Position numbers and translations under genes: made by a program | Part shown: piece by piece, positions 1-8,955 of the stretch | Position numbering within the stretch: position 1 is the first letter of the stretch | Layout of the letters: the number at the start of each line of letters is the position of its first letter | DNA from: an uncultured Verrucomicrobiae bacterium | GTDB taxonomy: Bacteria; Verrucomicrobiota; Verrucomicrobiia; Chthoniobacterales; Chthoniobacteraceae | DNA length: 64,000 bases | Assembly (NCBI GenBank): GCA_963769025.1 | Contig: CAVYKI010000009.1 | Span: 192,001-256,000 of the forward strand | Direction of reading: 5' to 3' | The notes under the pieces: generated by a model | The model's input: only the letters and a program-made list of their open reading frames with translations | What the model was told of the DNA's origin: nothing | Databases searched by the model: none

Positions 1-412
1 GCGGCTCCGCCTCGCCATGCTGAAGCTGGCGATCGCGGGCGAGCCGGGCTTTGAATGCGATTCGTCGGAGGTGGAAAGGAAGGGGCCGAGCTATTCCGTC
101 GAGACCGTCGAGGCGTGGCGTGCGAAGGCTCCGGGCGACGAATTCTTCTATCTCATCGGCGAGGACAATGTGCGCGAACTGCACACCTGGCGGCGCTACG
201 AGGAGCTGCGCGGCATGGTGCAGTTCGTCGTCTTCGGGCGCGACACCTCCGCGCATCCGCACGACTTCCCCTGCGTGAAACGCCGCGTGGATATTTCCGC
301 CACCGAGGTGCGCAAGCGCGTTGCGGAAGGCCGCAGCATCCGCTATCTCGTCCCGGAGTCGGTGCACGAAATCATCGAATCGCACCATCTTTACCAAGGA
401 GACACCCATTAA
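1..412 (+). CDS. nadD: Nicotinate-nucleotide adenylyltransferase (5'-truncated by window edge)
   Basis: Motifs SYSVET, YLIGEDN, W..YEEL, DISATEVR, IRYLVP; frame open back to position 2; upstream of rsfS as usual. Confidence 0.93.
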   Translation, partial: RLRLAMLKLAIAGEPGFECDSSEVERKGPSYSVETVEAWRAKAPGDEFFYLIGEDNVRELHTWRRYEELRGMVQFVVFGRDTSAHPHDFPCVKRRVDISATEVRKRVAEGRSIRYLVPESVHEIIESHHLYQGDTH

Positions 413-749
413 ATCAGACAAACTCGCCAAGCTCTGTGCCAGCATCGCCGCCGACAAAAAGGCGGAGAACATCGTCATTCTCGACCTGCGCAAGCTTTCC
501 TCTTTCACCGATTTCTTCGTCATTTGCACCGGCGCCTCGGAGCCGCAGCTCAAGGCCATCGCGAACGAAATCGAGGACCGCATCAAGACCGATCACAAGC
601 GCAGCCCGCTCAATACCGACGGCTTCCCGCTCAGCCAGTGGATCATCGCGGATTACGGCGACGTGGTCGTGCACATCTTCCATCCTTCGAAGCGCGAGGT
701 GTATCGCCTCGAGGATTTGTGGAATGACGCGCCGCGGCTGAAGGTCTGA
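408..749 (+). CDS. rsfS: Ribosome silencing factor (Iojap/RsfS); probable ATT start
   Basis: DKKAENIVILDL, DFFVICTG, WIIADYGDVVVHIF, YRLEDLW; AAGGAG 6 nt upstream of in-frame ATT at 408. Confidence 0.92.
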   Translation: MKSDKLAKLCASIAADKKAENIVILDLRKLSSFTDFFVICTGASEPQLKAIANEIEDRIKTDHKRSPLNTDGFPLSQWIIADYGDVVVHIFHPSKREVYRLEDLWNDAPRLKV

Positions 750-758
750 CGCTCGCGG

Positions 759-944
759 ATGAACTATATCGTCGAGACGGATGTGGTCTGCCCGTACTGC
801 GGTGAGGAGTTTTCGATGGCGGTGGACACCTCGGAGGGCGAAGTGAGCACGATCGAGGACTGCACGGTCTGCTGCCGGCCGATCGCGCTGGTGTTTGAGT
901 GCGCGCCGGGCGAAGTCATCTCGGTTGATTCCTCGCGCGCGTAA
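759..944 (+). CDS. CPXCG-motif cysteine-rich small protein (zinc-ribbon-like)
   Basis: CPYCGE and EDCTVCCRP motifs, 61 aa. Confidence 0.85.
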   Translation: MNYIVETDVVCPYCGEEFSMAVDTSEGEVSTIEDCTVCCRPIALVFECAPGEVISVDSSRA

Positions 945-967
945 CGCCGGACTTTCGCGCGACGCGT

Positions 968-1627
968 TCAGCGCTCGCGCACTCCGGCGGGCGGGCAGAA
1001 GTTCAGCAGGCTGACCTCGGTGGCGGGCGTGTTTTCCACGGGGACCAGCACGGAGGTCACGCTGCCGTAGTCCATCCGGAAACAGCCGATCTTGGAAAAC
1101 GGAAGCTCCATGAGGATGGCGAGGATCGCGCGGACAATGCCGCCATGGCAAAAGACGGCGGCGTTCGCGTAGCCGGGCGTGGCGAGGATCCGCGCCACGC
1201 AGGGGCGCACGCGATCGAGAAGACCCGCGGCGGATTCGCCATTCGGCAGGCCGGGATGGTCGAGGACGTGCAGCCAGTTCATGGCGGTGATGCCGAGGCG
1301 TTCGCGAACCTGTTCCCAGCGGAGACCGGTGAGGTCGCCAAAGTCCACCTCGCGCAACCCGTCGAGGAACATCGGCTCGATCGGCTGGCGCTCGAGCAGC
1401 GGCGCCATGGTCTGCCGCACGCGGCGCATGGGGCTGGAAAAGATGGTGTCGATTCTCCTCCCGCCGAGCCAGTCGGCGAGCGCGGCGGCCTGCGCGTGGC
1501 CCGCGGGCGACAGCTCCATGTCCACCCGCGAACCCCCGAAGACGCCCTTCCATCCATCCTCGACTTCGCCATGGCGGATGAGGTGGAGGCGGACGGTGCG
1601 GAGCGGTTTCGTGTTCAAGCGGCGCAT
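968..1627 (-). CDS. Histidine phosphatase (phosphoglycerate mutase) family protein
   Basis: LIRHGE, FSSPMRR, LREVDFG, NGES, CHGG; exact start uncertain. Confidence 0.88.
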   Translation of the reverse strand: MRRLNTKPLRTVRLHLIRHGEVEDGWKGVFGGSRVDMELSPAGHAQAAALADWLGGRRIDTIFSSPMRRVRQTMAPLLERQPIEPMFLDGLREVDFGDLTGLRWEQVRERLGITAMNWLHVLDHPGLPNGESAAGLLDRVRPCVARILATPGYANAAVFCHGGIVRAILAILMELPFSKIGCFRMDYGSVTSVLVPVENTPATEVSLLNFCPPAGVRER

Positions 1628-1811
1628 TTGATGAGCGAGCAGGCGAGCGCCTGTCCAGCACGGCGTCGGATGTTGCGCGACTCACGCTGCACAGAGTTTC
1701 ACATCGGAGATCGGACGCCTCCGCGGAAAGCGAGGCGCAGTTGCCATTCGCGCCGGCTTTCGTGCTATCTGTCCCTCCTTCCTGTTTCAGCTTCTCCACC
1801 TCGCATCGCGT

Positions 1812-2519
1812 ATGACTCCATTCACCCCGGCCTCCGGCTCCGACTCCATCAGGCTGGTGAAGAGCTTCCATGAACTGCTCACGACGCCGTTTCGCGACGG
1901 CGTGAATGCCCTCTGCTGGGAGCGCGCGCTGGCGGGCGATTTTGCCGAAGTGGTCCGGCAGCTCGGCGCGGGCGAGGGGATCGTCGCGCTCGATGAGGCG
2001 CGCCTCCGCAGTCTCCCGGTGAGCGTGGCGGGAAAGGCGGCCATCGGCATCCTCCTCGAAGACCAGCGGCTGCTCCGCGAGCGGGAACTCGACCCCGTCC
2101 TCAACTGCATCCACGCCTATCCGCGCGACGACGAGGGACCCGTGCCCACCGACGTCTTTTCCTTCCACGTGGACAGCGCCCCGGTGGAGGCGGACACGTG
2201 GCTCTGCACCTACCACGGCCCGCCGAGCGAAGGCCTGCGCAACCACGAGGCGCAGCGCCGCGTGGACATGCCCGCCACCCGCGCCGAACTGCTCCGCCGT
2301 TTCGGCGGAAAGGATGACGCCGCCTTTCTCGAATACCTCGGCGAGAATTGCTACGACCTCCACTACGCGCCGCTTCCGGACGCGCGGCCCTATTCCTTTG
2401 GCATCGGACACCTCTGGCGCATCGCCACGGAATGGCCCGGCAGTCCCGTCCCGCCCTGCATCCACCGCGCCCCCGCGACCGGCCCCGGTGACCCGCCGCG
2501 GCTGCTGCTCATCAGCTAG
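1812..2519 (+). CDS. DUF1826-like protein (cupin/2OG-Fe(II)-like fold)
   Basis: FHVD, LCTYHG and IHRAP..RLLL motifs. Confidence 0.7.
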   Translation: MTPFTPASGSDSIRLVKSFHELLTTPFRDGVNALCWERALAGDFAEVVRQLGAGEGIVALDEARLRSLPVSVAGKAAIGILLEDQRLLRERELDPVLNCIHAYPRDDEGPVPTDVFSFHVDSAPVEADTWLCTYHGPPSEGLRNHEAQRRVDMPATRAELLRRFGGKDDAAFLEYLGENCYDLHYAPLPDARPYSFGIGHLWRIATEWPGSPVPPCIHRAPATGPGDPPRLLLIS

Positions 2520-2601
2520 CAACGCGGACGCAAGGGGGAGTGGACGGCAGCGGTTTCCGTCTACAGAGCGATTTCAAAAAGCCTCGTCCTGAGAGCGCTT
2601 A

Positions 2602-2665
2602 GGAAGGCGGAAAGGCAGGAAGCCACTTTTGGGAACTTCGGGATTTTCCTGCCTTCCCGCCTTCC
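2602..2665. repeat. REP-like 20-bp inverted repeat between convergent genes
   Basis: GGAAGGCGGAAAGGCAGGAA (2602-2621) versus TTCCTGCCTTCCCGCCTTCC (2646-2665), one mismatch. Confidence 0.75.
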
Positions 2666-2689
2666 CAAGCGGCCTTTTCAACATTCCTC

Positions 2690-3934
2690 TCAATGCCTGC
2701 GCCCGCGCCTTTCCGCATACATGGTCAAGGCCACCGCGATGGAGGAGCCGATCACCGCGAGGCCCATGTCCCATTGCGCATCCCACACGTCGCCCTGCGT
2801 GCCGAGGTAGGCCTGTCCGAGTTCCGGATGCACGAGCTGCGCGACGATCGCCTCGATCACTTCAAAAAACCCGCTCCACGCCACGATCACCATCGCCGGG
2901 AGAAACCCCGCCCAGAACGTCCGCAGCCGATCCATGCGCGTGATATCGCGCAGCGGATACGTGATCAGCAGTCCCCACGATAAGTGCACGATGCGGTCAA
3001 AGTGATTCCGCTCCATGCCGAGGACGTCCTTCAGCCAGTAGCCCAGCGGCACTTCCGAATAGGTGTAGTGCGCCCCGGCGGCGTGCATCAGCAGGAAGAC
3101 CAGGATGAGCCCGTAGGAGACATCCGACATGGGACGCTTCCGGTAGGTCAGCACCAGGAAGGGCAGCCATGCGAAGACGAGGAGATTTTCCAGCAGCCAG
3201 TCCGCACGCGACACCGGCCCGATCGCCGCGATCACCCACGCGACCGCGTAGACCACGCACATCGCATGGAGCAGCCGCCGCTGGCGGAAAGGCCGCGCCT
3301 GTCCTGCGGGCGGAGGAGCGGCCGGCGCAGTGCCGCGCTCGCGCCACCATGCCACCAGCAGCGTGAAGCCCGCGCCCACGGTCGCCATCAGCATGTCCTG
3401 CTGCGCGTCCCATTCGTCGCCCTGCGCGCCGAGCCAGTCCGGGCCGGTGCCCGCGCTCACGGTTTCCGCCACGATGGATTCCACGACCTCGAACACCGAG
3501 CTGGCCGCCATCACCAGCGCCCACGCCAGCCACCCTGCCGCCTTGCGGCTCACGCCCGCCCCGCGCAGCAGCATCTCGCGCATCGGATACACCAGCAGCA
3601 GCCCGAACGCGCAGTGGATCACCCGGTCGAAATAGTTCCGCCGGAGGTCAAACGCCGCCTTCGCCCAGTCGCCCGCCGGGGTGTGCGCATAGCCATACCG
3701 CGCGCCGTACGCGTGCAGCCCGAGGAAAATCGCGATGAACAGATACGAGGCGTTGGAAAATGGAAACCGCCGGTGCGTCGCCACGAGGATGGCGACTGCG
3801 GCGACCACCAGCAGGTTCTCGAGCGCCCACGTCGGCCAGTCGCGCACCCCGATTGCCATCACTGCCCAAAGCGCCCCATAGATGCCGAGCAGCCAGAGCG
3901 GAAAGCGATTTGCAGCCGGGGGAGCAGTGGCCAT
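2690..3934 (-). CDS. Membrane protein with two tandem DUF2238 (YjdF-like) domains
   Basis: Duplicated W.LEN / H..GA.Y.Y / RN.FDR..H / LG.QGD.WDAQ.DM blocks; start at MATAPP. Confidence 0.85.
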   Translation of the reverse strand: MATAPPAANRFPLWLLGIYGALWAVMAIGVRDWPTWALENLLVVAAVAILVATHRRFPFSNASYLFIAIFLGLHAYGARYGYAHTPAGDWAKAAFDLRRNYFDRVIHCAFGLLLVYPMREMLLRGAGVSRKAAGWLAWALVMAASSVFEVVESIVAETVSAGTGPDWLGAQGDEWDAQQDMLMATVGAGFTLLVAWWRERGTAPAAPPPAGQARPFRQRRLLHAMCVVYAVAWVIAAIGPVSRADWLLENLLVFAWLPFLVLTYRKRPMSDVSYGLILVFLLMHAAGAHYTYSEVPLGYWLKDVLGMERNHFDRIVHLSWGLLITYPLRDITRMDRLRTFWAGFLPAMVIVAWSGFFEVIEAIVAQLVHPELGQAYLGTQGDVWDAQWDMGLAVIGSSIAVALTMYAERRGRRH

Positions 3935-4210
3935 CGGGCCGGGACTATGCGCCCGCACGTGGGAGACAGAGAAGCGAATTTGTCCCCCGGCATCCGCTTC
4001 GGGAAAAATGTCATCCGCGTTTCGGCCCGCGGGATCGTCCCGTTCCCATGCGGACCGTCGGCGCGGGCGCATTGCTCGGCGAGGAATCCCGGAACCGGGG
4101 CGCCGCGATTCCGACACTCCCGGGAAGTCAGTCGTTTTCGGCCACTCGAGGGCTATGCGGCTTTCGGGTTGATCCGCGCCATTCGCGTTGGCAGATGCTT
4201 TTGCAATCCC

Positions 4211-5784
4211 ATGAACCTCCGTCCCCCTTCATTGCTGATCGTTCTCGCGGCTTGCGGTTTTTGCCTGGGCCTTGTGCCTGCGCGGGCAGGGGAGCGGGTG
4301 CTGTTTGCGTTCGATGACCACGGCATCCCGTGGCAGCACAATCTGAAGGTGACGCTGGTGCCGGCGACGAAGCATCCGGGGAATCCGGTGCTGCGACGCG
4401 GGGCGGAGGGGACGCCGGATCAGGGGCATGCGATTCTGTACGGCACGGTGATCAAGGTCGGGGACACTTTCCGGATGTGGTATCTGGGGATGTTCGAGGC
4501 GGAGATCGTGAAAGGGCCAGGCACCGGGGATGTGGCGGCCGATGTGTTATGCGGAGAGCAAGGATGGCATCCACTGGACGAAGCCGGAGCTCGGGCTGGT
4601 GGAGTTCCGCGGCAGCAGGAAGAACAACATCTGCCTGATCGAGGGCGAGCCGTTCTCGCTGACGCGGGTGAATGACTTCCTCTCGGTGCTGCATGAGCCG
4701 GAGGATCCGGATCCGGCGCGGCGCTTCAAGGTGGCCTACATCGCGCACGTGCCGGTGACCGAAATCCCCGGCGGGATGAGCAAGCTGGGCACGAAGGAAC
4801 GGCTCATCTGCTCGACGATTTGCGCGACGAGCGCGGATGGGCTGACGTGGAAGGTGGACGGGGATCGTCCGGCGAATGCGGGCGGGGAACGCTTTGAGGT
4901 GAGCGCGCTGTACCGCTTCGGTGACTTCTACTACACGACGGGGCAGCTCCTCTCGCCGTGGTCGTGGCTCGCGGATGGGAGCAAGGCGGGGCGCGTGATG
5001 CTGGCTTACCGGTCGCCGGATTTCAAAACGTGGTCGCAGGCGAAGGCGTTCGCATTTGCGCGGCCGGGGCAGCTCGCGAACCCGCCGGTGAAGGGTCAGC
5101 AGACGCACATGGGCGCGGGGATGTGGAATCGCGGCAACGTGCTCGTGGGGCTGTACGGCATGTGGCAGGACGCGGCGGAGCCGCCGGCGAAAGGGGAGTC
5201 CTTCAACAAGGGCGTGCATGTGGATCTGGGGCTGATCGTGAGCAACGACGGCATCCATTTCCGCGAGCCGGTGCCGGGATTCAAGGTGATCGAGCGCGGA
5301 CCGGAAGGGGCGTGGGATGACACGGCGCTGCTGCAGGGGCATGCCTTCGTGAACGAAGGGGACAGGACGATGATCTGGTATTCGCACTGGGACACGGGCG
5401 GGAAGATGAAGACGATGGAGATCGGGCTGGCCACGCTGCGGCGCGACGGCTTCGGCTATCTGTCGGCGATGAAGGAGGACAATGACGCGCATTTCGTGAC
5501 CGCGCCGCTCACGGCCGGCGAAGGGCGGCAGGCTGTGGATCAATGTCGATGGCATCACGCCCGAGGCGCCGCTCACGGTGGAACTGCTCGACGGGCGGGA
5601 CCAGCCGCTGGCGGGTTATTCCGGGGCGGACGCGGCGAAGGTCTCGGTGAGCGGAATCCGGCAGGAGATCGTGTGGCCGGGGACCGGGACGGCGTCGGTG
5701 CCGGCGGAGCAACCGATCGAGATCCGGGTGAAGCTGCCGGCAAACAGCAAGGCGCGGGTGTTTGCGATATATCTCGAGGATTAG
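4211..5784 (+). CDS. Secreted beta-propeller glycoside-hydrolase-like protein (frameshifted near 4520 and 5525)
   Basis: Signal peptide; KHPGNPVL, FRMWY, YAESKDGIHWTKP, SNDGIHF, GLATLRRDGF spread over three ORF pieces. Confidence 0.7.
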
Positions 5785-5864
5785 CGTGGAAGGGACGGCC
5801 GGAGCGTTCTTAGATCCCGCGAACTTGAGACAGCCGGGCTGTCGCAGGAGCCGATTCAGTCGAT

Positions 5865-6185
5865 ATGAATACACATCCTTTTTCGCGGAAAGTCCTGATG
5901 ACCGCCGCTGTGGCGGGCCTTGCCGCGCCGTCGTCCTGCCTGCCGCCTCCGCCGCCCGGACCTCCGGGAAGCAGGGCGGTCGTTCATGGGCCTGGGTTCT
6001 ATCACAGGCTGCCGCCCCGCTATGCTGGCGAATACTATTTGCACGGGGGGCGCTATTACTACGGCGGGCGGCATGAGCTGGGGCGTTTCCGTTACGAAGG
6101 CCGCTACTATCCGAGCCGCTACTCGCACGGCGGGAGGTACTACTACGGAGGACTTTTCTCCCCGCCGCCGCCCCCGCGTCCGTAG
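5865..6185 (+). CDS. Small Tyr/Gly/Arg/Pro-rich putative lipoprotein
   Basis: Signal-like N-terminus ending SSC, poly-Pro tracts, HGGRYYYGG twice. Confidence 0.55.
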   Translation: MNTHPFSRKVLMTAAVAGLAAPSSCLPPPPPGPPGSRAVVHGPGFYHRLPPRYAGEYYLHGGRYYYGGRHELGRFRYEGRYYPSRYSHGGRYYYGGLFSPPPPPRP

Positions 6186-6382
6186 TGGGAAAGGCCGTGC
6201 GGGAGACGAGTTGGGGGACTTTCGTATTTGCCGGTGGCGATTCGAAGAGGCGCGCCCGGCGGACACCTTCCCACCCGGCGGGGAAGTGGGCGCGGGGCGG
6301 GAGATGAGGCGATCTGCGGCACAGGATTTGCATTACAAGGGCCCGCAACAATGTCTATCAGCCCAAGCCCGCAAGCCAACTC

Positions 6383-8266
6383 GTGGTGAACCCATCCATC
6401 CAACCGGTGGCTGGCTCGGAATCAGGCTTTCCGGATGATGCCTGCGAGCTGTTCCGCGCCATTGCGGATGCGGGGGAGGAAGCTATCCCGAAGCCGGCGG
6501 CTGTCCCTGTAACGCGCACGGGACGGGCGTTGTTGATCGAGGCGAATCCGTTTTTCCGCGAGACGATCAAGGAGGCGCTGGTAGAGCACGGCTACACCGT
6601 CATCGCTGTGTCGGACTGCCAGGAGGCGTTGAGGGAATTGATGATCGGCGATTTCACGCTGGTGCTTTACGATCCGACGGTGCCGGGCATGCGGGGAGAC
6701 ATGTTCTACAGCGCCGCGGAACGGATCGATCCTGAGGTTTGCGAGCACTTCGTGTTCATGTGCGGCAGCCGCGTGGATGCGAATACTCAGGAATTCATCA
6801 GGAGCATCAACGGGCTCATGGTGAGAAAGCCCTTTGAGGTGGATGATCTGCTGGCTGCGCTGGTTCGGATCGGGCCGCACGACGCGTCGCAAAGTGCTCG
6901 TCGCACCGGGCGGATGAACCCGGCTCTTGCCGGTGTTTTCCGGCCGGAAGAGGATCAGCCGGTGGAGAACCTCCCAGCCGAAAATGCCGCCGGCATCCTT
7001 GTGCGACCTCAGGCCGATCTTTCTGATGATGGTTTCGCGGCTTCGTTCGAGGAATCGGACGCGGCGAGGGAAATCCAGCCGGATCTGGAGACTGCTGCCA
7101 CGCTGCAACGGGGGCGGCTCTTGTTGCTCGAGGCCGAGCCTTCCCAGCGGGAAAATCTCGCCGGGTGCCTGGTCAGGAATGGCTATACGGTCGTGGCGGT
7201 CCGCGACGCGGCGGAAGCCCTCCGGGAACTGCTGAGCGGCGATTTCGCGCTCGTTCTTTACGATCCCCGGATGGCCGGGATGTCGGCGGCGAAATTTTTC
7301 CATTCGCTCAAGCGGATCGAACCGGACCTCTGTGAACGCTTCCTGTTCATGATCGATGAGGGCCTTTCCCGGAGCACGAATCACTTCATCCGCAAGGTCG
7401 ATGGGTTCGTCCTCCGGAAGCCGTTTGAGCCGATGGATCTTCTCGATGCGCTCTTCTCGGCCGAGACCCGTGGCTCATTTCAGGACACCATCGGACGTGC
7501 CTCCGCCGATCCGATCCTTTCGCAACTGTCGCCGCACTTGGAGGATTTTCCGGAGGAGGAGAACCATGCCCCGCAGCCGTCCGGCGTTGTGGAAAAAGAG
7601 CCGGCGAACGGCCAGGCAGTCGTCGCACCGCTCCTGTTCCGCCGGATCGAGGCGCAGGAGGAAAGTGAGGCGCCGGCCGGCGCGGGCGGATTCATGCGGG
7701 CGCTTGCGCTTGCGGCGCTCATTCTCATCGTCGCCATGGTGACCGGGCTGTGGACGCGGCATGCGGATGCGCGGGATCGGTTCGAGGCCGCGTCGGCGAG
7801 GCGTTCCGCGCTGGTCACGGAATGGACGGCCATTTCGCGGAACCTGGAGGAAGCCATCTCCCTGCGCGCGAATCTCGATCTTCCCGAGATGCTCTGGAAG
7901 CGAATCTCGGCATTCCAAACGCAGGAGCGGTGGACGCCTGTCCTTTCCTCCCTCATCCCGAACGACTCCATGATCGAGCCTCTCGAGATCGAGGCGCGCG
8001 GAGAGACGGAAAATTCGGGCGCGTGGGAAGTGCGCATCCACGGCCTGGCCGGCGGGCCTTCGCCGAAGGAGACTGTCGATCGGTTCCGGATGGAGCTGGA
8101 GAAAGCGCTGAGAAGGAAGGCGAACGGACGCACCGTGAGCACGCGGTTTGAACAGATCGGGAACAAGGACGCGAAGCCTCCGGCGGGGGAGCGACATCGG
8201 TTTACGCTGATCGCCACGCTCGGCCTGCCCGAGTCGTCCGTGGCTGCAGCGAAGGAGGAACGCTGA
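6383..8266 (+). CDS. Fusion of two response-regulator receiver domains, a TM helix and a PilN-like periplasmic domain
   Basis: Two LL.E..GYTV.AV.D..EAL..VLYD...KPF repeats; TM ALALAALILIVAMVTGLW; coiled coil; RWTPVLSSL..VRIHGLA..VDRFRMEL..FTLIATL; start uncertain. Confidence 0.75.
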   Translation: MVNPSIQPVAGSESGFPDDACELFRAIADAGEEAIPKPAAVPVTRTGRALLIEANPFFRETIKEALVEHGYTVIAVSDCQEALRELMIGDFTLVLYDPTVPGMRGDMFYSAAERIDPEVCEHFVFMCGSRVDANTQEFIRSINGLMVRKPFEVDDLLAALVRIGPHDASQSARRTGRMNPALAGVFRPEEDQPVENLPAENAAGILVRPQADLSDDGFAASFEESDAAREIQPDLETAATLQRGRLLLLEAEPSQRENLAGCLVRNGYTVVAVRDAAEALRELLSGDFALVLYDPRMAGMSAAKFFHSLKRIEPDLCERFLFMIDEGLSRSTNHFIRKVDGFVLRKPFEPMDLLDALFSAETRGSFQDTIGRASADPILSQLSPHLEDFPEEENHAPQPSGVVEKEPANGQAVVAPLLFRRIEAQEESEAPAGAGGFMRALALAALILIVAMVTGLWTRHADARDRFEAASARRSALVTEWTAISRNLEEAISLRANLDLPEMLWKRISAFQTQERWTPVLSSLIPNDSMIEPLEIEARGETENSGAWEVRIHGLAGGPSPKETVDRFRMELEKALRRKANGRTVSTRFEQIGNKDAKPPAGERHRFTLIATLGLPESSVAAAKEER

Positions 8267-8268
8267 AT

Positions 8269-8844
8269 ATGGGAACCACGAAGAGCTGGATGTTGTTTCG
8301 CGGGCTCGCAGCCTGCGGCCTCGCGCTGATGGCCGGGCGGGAATTTTACAAGCGGTCGATCGTTTCGTTGCGGGAGCAGGAACAGGAGGTTCTCCGGGAC
8401 ATTGGGGATCTGCCTGAGCGCGTCGAGAGCGCCAAAGGGAAGCTTGCGGAGATTCATGCGCAGGGAAGACAGGAAGGGGCTGCCGCGAACGAAACGGAAC
8501 TGGATGGACTTCCGCAAGGCCTGATGCCGACTGCCGTGCCGGCGCTTGTGAGCGGGCACTTCGCGAAGTTCGGACTCGCTGCGCCGACGATCGTGAATAC
8601 TGCAACGGCGGAGGCCCCCGGGGTTCCACACTACGAGATCAGTTCCTGGCGGCTGACCGTGCCGGTCGCGAAGGACGTCCAGAATTTCGCGTCGCTGCTG
8701 CGTGCGGCGGAGGCCCTCGGTCCGGGAGGTTCGGACATTCAGGTCCGCGATTTTGTCCTCTGGCCTGACCCGGAGGATTCCGCGCGGCAACGCGCGACGA
8801 TCCGTTTTGACGTCCTCGCGAAGCGAACGGAAGCCGCCCGGTAA
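8269..8844 (+). CDS. PilO/GspM-like membrane-anchored protein
   Basis: N-terminal hydrophobic helix, coiled coil, then WRLTV..FASLLRAAEAL..IQVRDF..ATIRFDVL; 2 bp after the PilN-like gene. Confidence 0.62.
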   Translation: MGTTKSWMLFRGLAACGLALMAGREFYKRSIVSLREQEQEVLRDIGDLPERVESAKGKLAEIHAQGRQEGAAANETELDGLPQGLMPTAVPALVSGHFAKFGLAAPTIVNTATAEAPGVPHYEISSWRLTVPVAKDVQNFASLLRAAEALGPGGSDIQVRDFVLWPDPEDSARQRATIRFDVLAKRTEAAR

Positions 8845-8955
8845 TCTACGGGCACGGCGGGGGTGATGGGCCCGGAAGGGAGCGTTCGTCCGTCCCTTCG
8901 CCCCGTGCCCTCGAAGCACGGCGGAGCGATGCGTTCCGCCTTTTGGAAAGCCGCG

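Noticed and set aside
414..2522. 702-aa minus-strand ORF and similar long antisense ORFs (e.g. 53173-55095, 39783-41381, 32205-33836)
   Set aside because: They overlap well-supported genes; expected from stop-codon scarcity in GC-rich DNA
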